From a virus (lineage: Duplodnaviria > Caudoviricetes), in IMG/VR virus record IMGVR_UViG_3300048881_000780: a stretch of 64,000 bases of DNA, one strand, 5' to 3'. This document shows positions 38,794 through 48,266 of this stretch, one piece after another. Below the pieces are notes generated by a model that made no database searches, was not told where the DNA came from, and saw only the letters and a list, made by a program, of their open reading frames with translations. A program made the translations under genes and the position numbers. Position 1 is the first letter of the stretch; every line of letters starts with the position of its first letter.

Positions 38794-39533
38794 AAAACCT
38801 CTAATCTCTTTGAGTTTTGAGTATCGATTGTCTTATAAAGCTTTTTCCACCCTAGTTGATCGTAAATCTCATTATCATATCCAGATAATAGGCAATGGCC
38901 TTTAATCTTGCTTAAAACATTTACTAGTTCTTGATGATCAGTATTTGTTAATTCAAACTTGTATGATTTTTTTGATACCCTTAGATTATGTAGATATGGA
39001 GGATCAATATAGAAAGTCGTATGTGACTTATCATATCTTTGTATACAGTCCTTCCAATCAAGTCTCTCTATGATAACTCCTCTTAATCTCTCACTAAAGA
39101 ATTCTAAATATTCTAAATAATTCTTAAATCCTGTTGCGGGAGAGGAGTTTTGAGAAATCGAATTCCTAAATCCGGTGTTATTATTTATAGAATCACCAAT
39201 ACCCATAAATGATTTTATGATTGTTTTGGCCGCTCTCTCTACGGGACAAAATGAATATAATCTGGCCTCGTCGTATACCTCTCTTGAGTATGGGGTAAAT
39301 TGGAGATATCTCTTAAGTTCTTGATATCGATCTCTAACTACTTTAAAAACATTAACTATTTCACCGTCTATATCATTATAGACTTCATTTTTAACTCTAT
39401 CTTTAAATAATAGAATTGTTCCACCTCCCCCAAAAGGTTCTACATATGTCTTAGATGGAGGTAGATTAGCTAAAATCCATTTCCTTGATGTGAACTTACC
39501 GCCAAAATAATTTATAAGAGGTCTTTGCTTCAT
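38778..39533 (-). CDS. DNA adenine methyltransferase, D12/Dam class
   Basis: YFGGK, YVEPFGGGG, NDID, IDPPY. Confidence 0.93.
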   Translation of the reverse strand: MKQRPLINYFGGKFTSRKWILANLPPSKTYVEPFGGGGTILLFKDRVKNEVYNDIDGEIVNVFKVVRDRYQELKRYLQFTPYSREVYDEARLYSFCPVERAAKTIIKSFMGIGDSINNNTGFRNSISQNSSPATGFKNYLEYLEFFSERLRGVIIERLDWKDCIQRYDKSHTTFYIDPPYLHNLRVSKKSYKFELTNTDHQELVNVLSKIKGHCLLSGYDNEIYDQLGWKKLYKTIDTQNSKRLEVLWVKK

Positions 39534-39567
39534 ACATCTATTTTAATATATACATCAGTGCATATCT

Positions 39568-39582
39568 TAACACCTCGTGTCT
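39568..39582. promoter_or_regulatory. TAACAC-N3-GTGTYA-like palindrome in the MTase/SNF2 divergent promoter
   Basis: TAACAC-ctc-GTGTCT with TGnTAnnnT elements on both strands. Confidence 0.6.
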
Positions 39583-39613
39583 ATATTACTACTATGTAGT
39601 ATATAATAGTTAT

Positions 39614-41713
39614 ATGAGTATTTTAGATATTGAATTTGGGCAAAATAAGACTACGATGTACGATGTTGTAAATGCATTAAGTACTTTTAATAATTACGAT
39701 CAGGATGAAAAAAGATGGCAAGAAATGCTAGAAATCCATTTTCAAAAAATTGGTCGAACTTATGAAAGAGAAGTTCATATATCTAAAGAGAGTATTATCG
39801 ACTTTAAAATGGACCGCATAGGCATTGAACTTAAGACAAAAGGCCGAGTTAGAGATGTATATCGTCAAATAAAGAGATACCTAGAAACCGATGAGATTGA
39901 TGAGATCGTATTACTTACAACAAAGAATTTTTCACTACCATCAAAAATAAATGGAAAAACTGTAAGAGTTATCAATAAAAGTTTCAATATCCTTAAAAAT
40001 CAAAAAAGTAAGAATAGAAATATAGAGAGAGACCCTGGTACTTATGGCACAATCGTTTACTCAAGTGAAATTAATTCTTGGAAACTAGATGTTGACGCAA
40101 ATGTCTCCATGAGACTTAAGAGAATTTTAGATTTCTTACCTAAGACATCGAGACCGCCATTTATTATTAAGAATACACCGGAAAGGTGCGCTGACTTAAA
40201 TTGGGTTATGACTAGATATCCTCTTACTATATCTAAAAAGGATCATAAGTTTCTAAACAAAAAAGAAAGTGAGTTTAAAGAGTTTATTTCTTCTTGTGAT
40301 GAAATACTTATGAATAAATCATACTCTATTGATGTTGATCTAACTGATACATATAAATTAAGAAGCTATCAATCTCAATATGTTGGATTAGCTGGAAAAG
40401 TTAAAAGAATCTTTAATGCCGATGACACTGGTCTTGGAAAGACTTTAGAGTGTCTTGCTCATATCGTAGACGTTGGCAAATTTCCAGTAGTCATATGTTC
40501 ACAAACAACTAATCAGATACAATGGTTTGAAGAAGCTTCAAAGGCAACTAATTTAAAAATTGCTTTTTTATCAAAGGGTAAACTTAAAGAATCTGACTTA
40601 GATGCAGATATCTATATAACTAGGTACTCACTACTTGCTAAACATATGGACTACTTTCTCGCTAAAGATATCGACTCTATTCACTTTGACGAAATTCAGG
40701 AACTTAGAAATTCTGGTAGTGATAAATACAATGCGGCCTATACATTATCTCAATTTTGTAACGGAGTAACTGGTTACTCAGCAACCCCGATCTACAATAG
40801 AGGTAGTGATGTTTTTAATATTTATACTATTATTGATAAATCAATTCTAGGGAGTTGGTCTGAATTTTCAAGAGATTGGTGTATTAACACATTTCAAGAC
40901 GATAAAGGTGATATTAAAGATCCTGTTGCACTAAGGTCATACCTTATTGAGATAAATAAAATGATCAGAAGAACAAGAGAAGATGTTCAATTAGAACTTC
41001 CACCTCTAGATATTACACCATACCTAATTGAGCACGATAAAAAAGAAATCGATCGATTTGAATCTCTACTAAAAGATCTAGCTATTAAAACTCTTGAAAG
41101 TAAGGATGAATTCGAAAGAGGTCGCTTATCTAACCAGTTAGATATGAAAGCTCGTGAGATGACTGGTATTTCAAAAGCCCGCACGGCGGCGGCTTTCATT
41201 AGGGATTTAATTGACCAAGGTAGACGGCCTGTTGTTGTTGGTTGGCACCGAGAAGTATGGAATATACTGAGTGAGGAGTTATCTGATAAAAACCTTGTTT
41301 TCATAACTGGAAATGAAAATCCAAAACAAAAAGATCTAAATAAGAAGAAGTTTATAAATGATGAAGCTGACGCTCTTTGTGTTTCAATCAGAAGTTGCGT
41401 TGGTATTGATGGTCTTCAGGAAGCCTCTAGCGATATTGTATTCATTGAATTTGATTGGTCGCCAGCTGTCCATAAACAAGTAATAGAGAGACTTTGGCGA
41501 TTTAAACAGCGTAATACTACAAGTGTTTACTACTTAATAGCTGAAGCTGGTACAGATCCAGCTATGATTGAAAAACATGGTGTCAAGAAACAACAATTAG
41601 AAGGCTTTGTAAATGGTGAACAATTGGATGAAAATGCATTTGGTGGATCAAAGAGCAATAGACCTTCTGGAATTGAATTTGCTAACTCTATTTTAAAAGG
41701 GAAGAAGAAATAG
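39614..41713 (+). CDS. SNF2-family helicase/translocase with N-terminal PD-(D/E)xK nuclease-like domain
   Basis: REV...IDF...IGIELK; ADDTGLGKT, DEIQ, SATP, GIDGLQ, DWSP.VHKQ..ERLWR. Confidence 0.87.
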   Translation: MSILDIEFGQNKTTMYDVVNALSTFNNYDQDEKRWQEMLEIHFQKIGRTYEREVHISKESIIDFKMDRIGIELKTKGRVRDVYRQIKRYLETDEIDEIVLLTTKNFSLPSKINGKTVRVINKSFNILKNQKSKNRNIERDPGTYGTIVYSSEINSWKLDVDANVSMRLKRILDFLPKTSRPPFIIKNTPERCADLNWVMTRYPLTISKKDHKFLNKKESEFKEFISSCDEILMNKSYSIDVDLTDTYKLRSYQSQYVGLAGKVKRIFNADDTGLGKTLECLAHIVDVGKFPVVICSQTTNQIQWFEEASKATNLKIAFLSKGKLKESDLDADIYITRYSLLAKHMDYFLAKDIDSIHFDEIQELRNSGSDKYNAAYTLSQFCNGVTGYSATPIYNRGSDVFNIYTIIDKSILGSWSEFSRDWCINTFQDDKGDIKDPVALRSYLIEINKMIRRTREDVQLELPPLDITPYLIEHDKKEIDRFESLLKDLAIKTLESKDEFERGRLSNQLDMKAREMTGISKARTAAAFIRDLIDQGRRPVVVGWHREVWNILSEELSDKNLVFITGNENPKQKDLNKKKFINDEADALCVSIRSCVGIDGLQEASSDIVFIEFDWSPAVHKQVIERLWRFKQRNTTSVYYLIAEAGTDPAMIEKHGVKKQQLEGFVNGEQLDENAFGGSKSNRPSGIEFANSILKGKKK

Positions 41714-41715
41714 AA

Positions 41716-41773
41716 AACGTACGTCATATTTAACGTACGTCATATTTAACGTACGTTAGAAATAACGTACGTT
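41716..41773. repeat. Four copies of palindromic AACGTACGT(T/C), 16-bp period
   Basis: Copies at 41716, 41732, 41748 and 41764 between convergent genes. Confidence 0.92.
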
Positions 41774-41785
41774 AAGTGACTTAAA

Positions 41786-43024
41786 TTAGATTGATTCTAG
41801 ACGAATATTATCAATTAGAGCACCGGAAGTATTATTATCCTCAATGGCCCTAAATTCCACCTTCATTAGATCACCAGTTCCAAGCAATTCATACTCAAAT
41901 GTTTGCCATTGTTTCTCTTGAGAACTTATGTAGTCCATAACTTCTCCATCAATAACAACTTCCATATCAGAACTCTCTGTTCCTGTCCTAGAGAAGTAAT
42001 CTAGTGATAATCTATATTTTTCTACTGAACTTGTCTCAATCATTTGAAAGATAGAAACGTCACTATCTGTAAAATGACTATTCTTATGAGCGTCCAGTTC
42101 AATTTTCACATTTCCAGAACTTGGAGCAATTCCACCAGTATTTCCGTATTGAACCTCTACTCCAGAGTTTGAATATTCAAGATTAATATCAAATCCATAT
42201 AAAGAATCAGTCACATACCAACCACTCTCTCTTTCTAGCTCCATTTCAAAATCACCATTAAGAACTAGGTTTTTCTGATAATTTGGATTAGAAACCTCTT
42301 CTCTTAAAAGAGATGAAGTATTGAAGTGTTTTCTTTTTGCCTGAGGAATAGTAATTGTCATATCTCCAGATCTTACGAGTAATTGTCCGGCCATTCTCAA
42401 AGAACCATCAGTCGAGTCCTCAGTTGGACATGAATATCCCGCTCTTTTTTGATCATTTGTAAGTTCTTCACAGCTAACAATTGATCTACATACTTGATCT
42501 TGAGAATTCGCTCTTTCACAAATTGGAGACTTTTCATAAGAAAGTAGTAACTCTCTATACTTTTCCATAACTCTAAAATACTTCTCTTGAAGCGATTCAA
42601 TTTTTTCATTATTTTGAGTATCAAACTCTGTTCTAATTCCAAGCTCCACATTTAAAGAACGCTCAATTTTAGAGAGTCTATACTCGAGTATCTCAAGTCT
42701 AACATCAGAAATTCTCTCAGATTGCTCCTCTTTCTTTGTGTTTAACAATAAAAGAAGAATTTTTCTTTCTAGAATATATCTGTCTTGTTCTACCAAGTTC
42801 TTAATTCTCTTTTCGATTCGTCTATATCTAGGAGAATCAGACAGTTCACTAAGCTTTTGCTGAAGAACGACAACTCTTGCTCTATTAGAATCCTGTTTTC
42901 TTTCAAATTTGTGTAACTTACCTTCTTGTTTTGGCTCAAGCTTCGTTCCAAATACATGATTATTACATGCTCCTAATGTAGGAAGAACTAATGCTAAAAG
43001 TACGAATGATTTGATTTTTTTCAC
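41786..43024 (-). CDS. Lipoprotein: coiled-coil stalk plus C-terminal CBM/DUF642-like domain
   Basis: Lipobox LGAC; charged heptads; NLVLNGDFE...GALIDNIRL. Confidence 0.78.
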   Translation of the reverse strand: MKKIKSFVLLALVLPTLGACNNHVFGTKLEPKQEGKLHKFERKQDSNRARVVVLQQKLSELSDSPRYRRIEKRIKNLVEQDRYILERKILLLLLNTKKEEQSERISDVRLEILEYRLSKIERSLNVELGIRTEFDTQNNEKIESLQEKYFRVMEKYRELLLSYEKSPICERANSQDQVCRSIVSCEELTNDQKRAGYSCPTEDSTDGSLRMAGQLLVRSGDMTITIPQAKRKHFNTSSLLREEVSNPNYQKNLVLNGDFEMELERESGWYVTDSLYGFDINLEYSNSGVEVQYGNTGGIAPSSGNVKIELDAHKNSHFTDSDVSIFQMIETSSVEKYRLSLDYFSRTGTESSDMEVVIDGEVMDYISSQEKQWQTFEYELLGTGDLMKVEFRAIEDNNTSGALIDNIRLESI

Positions 43025-43082
43025 AATAACCTCGTTATTATAATTTCTAATATATTCATTATATTAATAATTAAGTGATAAT

Positions 43083-43355
43083 TTATTTCTTTAAGAAATC
43101 AATCAGACCAAGGTATCCCGTTTTGCTATCTCCGATATCAATCTTAACAACTTCATTATCCACAACCTCAAGTAGTGCAGGAATTGTCCACTTATTTTCT
43201 TTAAACATTTTAAAATCTATACTAACTTCTTTTAGATCTAGATTGCGTTGCTCTACCTCAAACTTATCGCCATCTACATGCTCTTTAAATATTGGTGCAA
43301 ATATTTGACATGACTTACACCAAGATGCCGTAAAATAAATTAGTTTTCTTTTCAT
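43083..43355 (-). CDS. Thioredoxin-like protein
   Basis: FTASWCKSC and TIPAL. Confidence 0.85.
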   Translation of the reverse strand: MKRKLIYFTASWCKSCQIFAPIFKEHVDGDKFEVEQRNLDLKEVSIDFKMFKENKWTIPALLEVVDNEVVKIDIGDSKTGYLGLIDFLKK

Positions 43356-43366
43356 ATAGTCTCCAG

Positions 43367-46300
43367 TTAAAAAACACCCTCGGTTAGTTCGACAAACTCT
43401 AGATACAGAGAGCTTTCACCATCTGAAAGAAACGGTGTTCCCTGATATCCGGGCTCCTCTTTTGGGGTAACCATTAAAAAATGCTCATTATCATCATTTA
43501 TAAATTCTCTTGGATCAATACTTGAAACATCACCATCTTTAAATTCCAAAAGATATTCCATAGGTCTATCTTTCATAAGAAATAGCGACGACTCATTAGA
43601 CTCACTCATTAATATCCATTGATCTTCAATGAAATTATATGCATAAAGCTGAACCCCATATACATTACTAAGCCCTGCAACTGTTGAGGCCTTTGCGATA
43701 GCATTAACTTTAATATTTAATTTTCGTGCGAATTCTTTTGCGTGATCACGAAGTGACATCTTAACCATTAATGCCGACTTGTGACCTGGTAGAGAGTCGA
43801 AAACGCTAACTTTTCCAGGTGTTCTATCTCGATCCCCTCTACTATAAAATAAATATCTATTAGTCACTTCGTTGTAGACGATCTCATCTCCAACAAATTG
43901 ATCACCAAATATATCAAAGGAGCTCACTTCAAAGCTAATCCCAGAAAGTAGATCTAATTGAAATACTTTATCATCTGAAAAGTAATGAGTTTTTCTAGTG
44001 GCACTATCAAATATAACTTTCCCGTTATAAAGATTGTCGCTAATTACTTTAGTTTTTTCAGCTATAGTATCTAAATTATCCTCTTCCCCATCATCAATTA
44101 CAAATGCATCAATAATCGCTGACACTACTGATGTAGAGACACTAGGAAGGCCACAACCTTTACACACTCTAAACCACTGAACTTCTCTATCTTCTTCAGT
44201 TGGTTCAAACGACCAAATCTCATCTAAGTATTCCCACTCTCCAGTTTGAGAGTTTACGGCAAATCCTCCAATAATATAGACCTTTTCATAGATTGAACTA
44301 TAGTGAACTATTGGTGAAAACCTAGCTTGAGGCATTCCAAAATTTGGATCGGCGACAACTCCTTTTTCAATAAAAACGATAGGAACTGATTCTGGACCAA
44401 TTGGTGCTCTAGCTAAAGTTACCTTTGAACTACTTTGCATTTGAGATCCAACAGACTTAAGTCCTCCATAAATAAATATTCCCAGTGGAGTTTCTTCACT
44501 AATACCTGGAAACAATGCCCCCTCAGGAAATGGGACTTGAGAATTTGTAAATTTTTCAAATGAAAGAGAGTCTAGGTTATTCTTCAGTAAAGATGGATAT
44601 TTATAAGTTCCAAATTTATTATTAATTCTAAGTGAAGAGTCATCAAAGTCATGAGATAGACCACCATAGATATAGTAAATATCACTATCTTTTAGATATA
44701 GAGTATTAGCATACATTATATTATTGGTTCCAAATGCTCTCGAGTCAGTGGTAGCGAAATCCAACCATCCCGCGAGATCATTTCCATTAGATCTAAATAC
44801 ATTTAACTCTCCACCATAAAATAAGCTATAACTTCTATCTGAACCACCCCTATCTATCAGTCCTCGGGCCGAGTTATGAACTTCCATCGTACATGGCCCC
44901 CATACGAAAAAATCAACCACTGAGGCAATGCAATTTGATGACATAAATGGAAAGTTATAATTAACTTCAAAGATTTTTTTTGAATAATTCGTTTGAGATA
45001 TAAATTGTCCACTGTTTTTCTCAATTGCAGTTGTAGGCCCCTGGTAAGGAAACCAATTTGCAGAAAAAGGAGGAACTTCTAATGAAGGAGAAAAGATAGA
45101 GTTAACATTCGTCTTATAAAGGTTTAATCGATTATTAGAATCTTTAAATCTATAAGTCTCTCTTCCTACTGATTGAATCTGCTTAGATACTGATTTGGAG
45201 TTGAGTGTACCTGTAATAGTGATAGGACCTTTAATTCCTATTCCCCTAACAACAAATGTGGCCAAAGAGTCTGACCCTGTAGTTACAGTAAAGACAGATC
45301 TCCCCTCTGATATACCACCATGTGCTACTGCATTGTACAGAGAGACATCGATTGGTGTTCCGGCCCCAACAGGATTTCCTTGCGGATCCTTTGCTGGGCC
45401 AATTACTACACTTGTTGTTGAAGGATATTCTAAATCTCCAAACTCATAGTAAATTGAGGGTTCAGATGTGTTTATCTCAAAGTCTCCGGATGGCGCTGAA
45501 GGAACTAATGTTATGCTATTTTGTCCATTTGCTCCATATCCAAGAAGATGACCCTCCCCACTATATAGTGGATTTGATTTCATTCTAAATCTAACTTCAC
45601 CAGTAGATAATGAAGCTGTATACTTAATAAATGCCTCTCCATTAACCGTATAGGCCTTTTCTACTGAAGATCTATCGTTAAAGGTACCACTTCCTTCAAA
45701 TATTTCAAATTCGACCTCAGTTCCGTCATCTACAACATCCCCGTTTACATTTAACAGAGGTCTTGTTCTAAGTACTACTGAATTCGCTCCATTGGCCCTT
45801 AGTATATTATTGTAAGGAAATAGAGATATCTCTCCCACTGCTGGGCCAGAAGTATAAGGAATAGTTATTGCTCCAAGTGCTAAACTAGAAGAAACAGTAA
45901 AACTTGCTTCACCTGTTGTTGATCCACTTTTAAACTTAATTAATGCCACTCCATTTTGTGTTAAAACTGTTTGATCAACCACTTCCAGTATTGAGTTAGT
46001 TGTAGAAATTTGCGCTAAGGTTCCATCACTTACTGCATTTCCAAATTCATCTGTAACAATGGCCTCACATTCTTGCAGTAGTGGGTCATCAACATTTAAT
46101 TTAATAGGACAGTTTCTAAAAGAAATTATTCCCGATGGGTCACCCGGATAAACATCGGCATTGTATGTAATACTACTTCTTACACTATCATTAACCTTCA
46201 TTTCTAATTTATCTGAAACTAGCCCTGAATAAATTTCTCTGAATTTAATTTCAATCTGACATTGCTCACCTGGTCTTAATCCAAGTTCTGGGCAATTTGT

Positions 46301-46837
46301 ATAACTAGTTGTAAAACGAGTTGTATCTACTGGAAATGGAGTCTGAATAAGTTCTGTTCCAGTGTTTTCAATTAAAAAAGTCTTAGTTATTCTTTCTCCA
46401 GCTCTAGCTTCACCAATGGCCCAAGAGTTCGGAAAAATAGAAAACCTTCCTCCACCAATTGCCTCTCCGGTAACAATTAGAGATTCTCCATAGAAATTTA
46501 AAGTAATCGACTTATTACCTTCCGTTGTTGGTGTAAAATGAAATACATATGTACAAATAGTCTGAGGAGGTATGGAGCTAAATGAACACCCATTTGTTGC
46601 AGATTTAAAAACTAACTCATTACTACTCATCGATATTTGAGGACTAAGTGAGTTACTTGATGAATTTCCAACCTTTACACTAATCTCAGATGATAGACCA
46701 ATCTTTACTTTTCCGGCCTTTAGAACGCTGGAAATAACTCCTTCAACCTGTGGTACAGATGTATCAGCCTCTTTACTTTTCTTATTCTGACAAGATACTA
46801 AAGCAAATAAAAGTACTAGAAATAATAGATGTTTCAT
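43367..46837 (-). CDS. Large lipoprotein with Ig-like (ASH and invasin Big_1-type) domains and a Kelch-like C-terminal region
   Basis: Lipobox LVSC; D..GN.V.DGT repeats; YIYGG / FIYGG / YIIGG. Confidence 0.8.
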   Translation of the reverse strand: MKHLLFLVLLFALVSCQNKKSKEADTSVPQVEGVISSVLKAGKVKIGLSSEISVKVGNSSSNSLSPQISMSSNELVFKSATNGCSFSSIPPQTICTYVFHFTPTTEGNKSITLNFYGESLIVTGEAIGGGRFSIFPNSWAIGEARAGERITKTFLIENTGTELIQTPFPVDTTRFTTSYTNCPELGLRPGEQCQIEIKFREIYSGLVSDKLEMKVNDSVRSSITYNADVYPGDPSGIISFRNCPIKLNVDDPLLQECEAIVTDEFGNAVSDGTLAQISTTNSILEVVDQTVLTQNGVALIKFKSGSTTGEASFTVSSSLALGAITIPYTSGPAVGEISLFPYNNILRANGANSVVLRTRPLLNVNGDVVDDGTEVEFEIFEGSGTFNDRSSVEKAYTVNGEAFIKYTASLSTGEVRFRMKSNPLYSGEGHLLGYGANGQNSITLVPSAPSGDFEINTSEPSIYYEFGDLEYPSTTSVVIGPAKDPQGNPVGAGTPIDVSLYNAVAHGGISEGRSVFTVTTGSDSLATFVVRGIGIKGPITITGTLNSKSVSKQIQSVGRETYRFKDSNNRLNLYKTNVNSIFSPSLEVPPFSANWFPYQGPTTAIEKNSGQFISQTNYSKKIFEVNYNFPFMSSNCIASVVDFFVWGPCTMEVHNSARGLIDRGGSDRSYSLFYGGELNVFRSNGNDLAGWLDFATTDSRAFGTNNIMYANTLYLKDSDIYYIYGGLSHDFDDSSLRINNKFGTYKYPSLLKNNLDSLSFEKFTNSQVPFPEGALFPGISEETPLGIFIYGGLKSVGSQMQSSSKVTLARAPIGPESVPIVFIEKGVVADPNFGMPQARFSPIVHYSSIYEKVYIIGGFAVNSQTGEWEYLDEIWSFEPTEEDREVQWFRVCKGCGLPSVSTSVVSAIIDAFVIDDGEEDNLDTIAEKTKVISDNLYNGKVIFDSATRKTHYFSDDKVFQLDLLSGISFEVSSFDIFGDQFVGDEIVYNEVTNRYLFYSRGDRDRTPGKVSVFDSLPGHKSALMVKMSLRDHAKEFARKLNIKVNAIAKASTVAGLSNVYGVQLYAYNFIEDQWILMSESNESSLFLMKDRPMEYLLEFKDGDVSSIDPREFINDDNEHFLMVTPKEEPGYQGTPFLSDGESSLYLEFVELTEGVF

Positions 46838-47021
46838 ATAGAATTCTCCATATGTCTATTTTAAGAAAATAGAAGTCATACTAAAAAGAAATTGGAAGTG
46901 AATGATAACTTCCGTTTTTTTCCGGAACCCCTAGTAACAAAGATAACCCACTAAAATTACTAGGGTTTTATTTTGTGTATTAATCTCCATAAGTTTGTTG
47001 AGGTTAGTACACAATTCTTAA

Positions 47022-47594
47022 TTAGGCGACGTCATCAAAATCTGTTCTCATTTTTAGATTTTTACAATTTTCATGAACCTCTCTTAAATTAATCATAAAT
47101 TCCTGATCTGAAAATTCTTCTAGTTTCTTTTTTAATGAGTTGTAAATTAATTCTGCACTTTGAAGCTTCTTTTGATCAAACTCTGAACCTGAATTTTCTT
47201 CGGACATACAGCTAATCATTGACTGTAAATTATCCTCCATTTCCATTAAATGTGAAATAAGTCCAACATATCTCTTTGCATAAGAATAATCGAAATCATA
47301 TGCGTTCATTTTGTATAAATGAGGCATATTTAAGAGAACTTCTTCATTTAAAACTAGGTTCTTTCTAAATTCATCCTTCATCTTAAATAGAATCTCAAAT
47401 AATCTAACGTCATCCTCGTTTTCTTCTATTGGAATATCGAATCCATAAAACTCTAATTCGTCATTCAATTGCTTTATTAATTGTCTGGCCTTTTGCACGA
47501 TAATTGCCGGAACTAATTGGTAATAGGATTTACCTTCATCTGCAATAAGCTTTGATATTAACTGTCTATGTAGTGATAGTATCGTCTCTGTCAT
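47022..47594 (-). CDS. Hypothetical helical protein, 190 aa
   Basis: GGGGG RBS; TACGATAA at 47627-47634 (-). Confidence 0.7.
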   Translation of the reverse strand: MTETILSLHRQLISKLIADEGKSYYQLVPAIIVQKARQLIKQLNDELEFYGFDIPIEENEDDVRLFEILFKMKDEFRKNLVLNEEVLLNMPHLYKMNAYDFDYSYAKRYVGLISHLMEMEDNLQSMISCMSEENSGSEFDQKKLQSAELIYNSLKKKLEEFSDQEFMINLREVHENCKNLKMRTDFDDVA

Positions 47595-47652
47595 TTAAAT
47601 CCCCCAATGAATGACTATCACTACACTTATCGTAAATAATTAAACTAATTAG

Positions 47653-48216
47653 TTAATTCTTACCAGTTGAGCCAAAACCACCACTTCCTCGTTCAGTTTT
47701 ACTTAATTCTTTAACTTCTTTGATTTTTAACTGTGTTGCTGGTGATATTACACCTTGGGCCAGTCTATCGCCTTTTTTTACTTCATAAGCATTTTCACTA
47801 GTATTAAAGAATGCTAAGTAGATGACACCACGATAGTCAGAATCTACACATCCAATACCATTGGCAAGCATCAGTGGAGTTTTAGAAATTGAACTTCTTG
47901 ATTGTACTCTTAATTCAAATCCAAGTGGAACCTCGGCCATGACACCAGTAGAGATAAGCCTTCTTCCTCCTGCTGGAATTGAGACATCCTCATTACAGAT
48001 AAAATCAAATCCCGCCGCGCCAACTGTCTTATATGATGGAATTTTGGCATCTTTATTTTCCTTGGAAAATTTAATCTCCAATAGACCCATTTTGAATTTT
48101 ATATGATTCATAACTAGCTTTAAATTATTAGTATCTTTATTTTCGTCAAAGAATTTACTAACTTTTAGCTGGATTTTTTCAACTTGTACTTTTAAGAATG
48201 CGATAAATTTATTCAT
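47653..48216 (-). CDS. dut: Trimeric dUTPase with ~44-aa N-terminal extension
   Basis: AAGFD, SRSS, GCVDSDYRG, GDRLAQ, RGSGGFGSTG. Confidence 0.95.
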   Translation of the reverse strand: MNKFIAFLKVQVEKIQLKVSKFFDENKDTNNLKLVMNHIKFKMGLLEIKFSKENKDAKIPSYKTVGAAGFDFICNEDVSIPAGGRRLISTGVMAEVPLGFELRVQSRSSISKTPLMLANGIGCVDSDYRGVIYLAFFNTSENAYEVKKGDRLAQGVISPATQLKIKEVKELSKTERGSGGFGSTGKN

Positions 48217-48266
48217 AATAACTCCCTAGTTACTATATTTATCGTATTCTTAATCGATCTGGGGAA

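Noticed and set aside
423-48246. Canonical sigma28 promoters (TAAA-N15-GCCGATAA)
   Set aside because: No consistent -35 TAAA at the expected spacing in the sites checked, so only the -10-like word is reported
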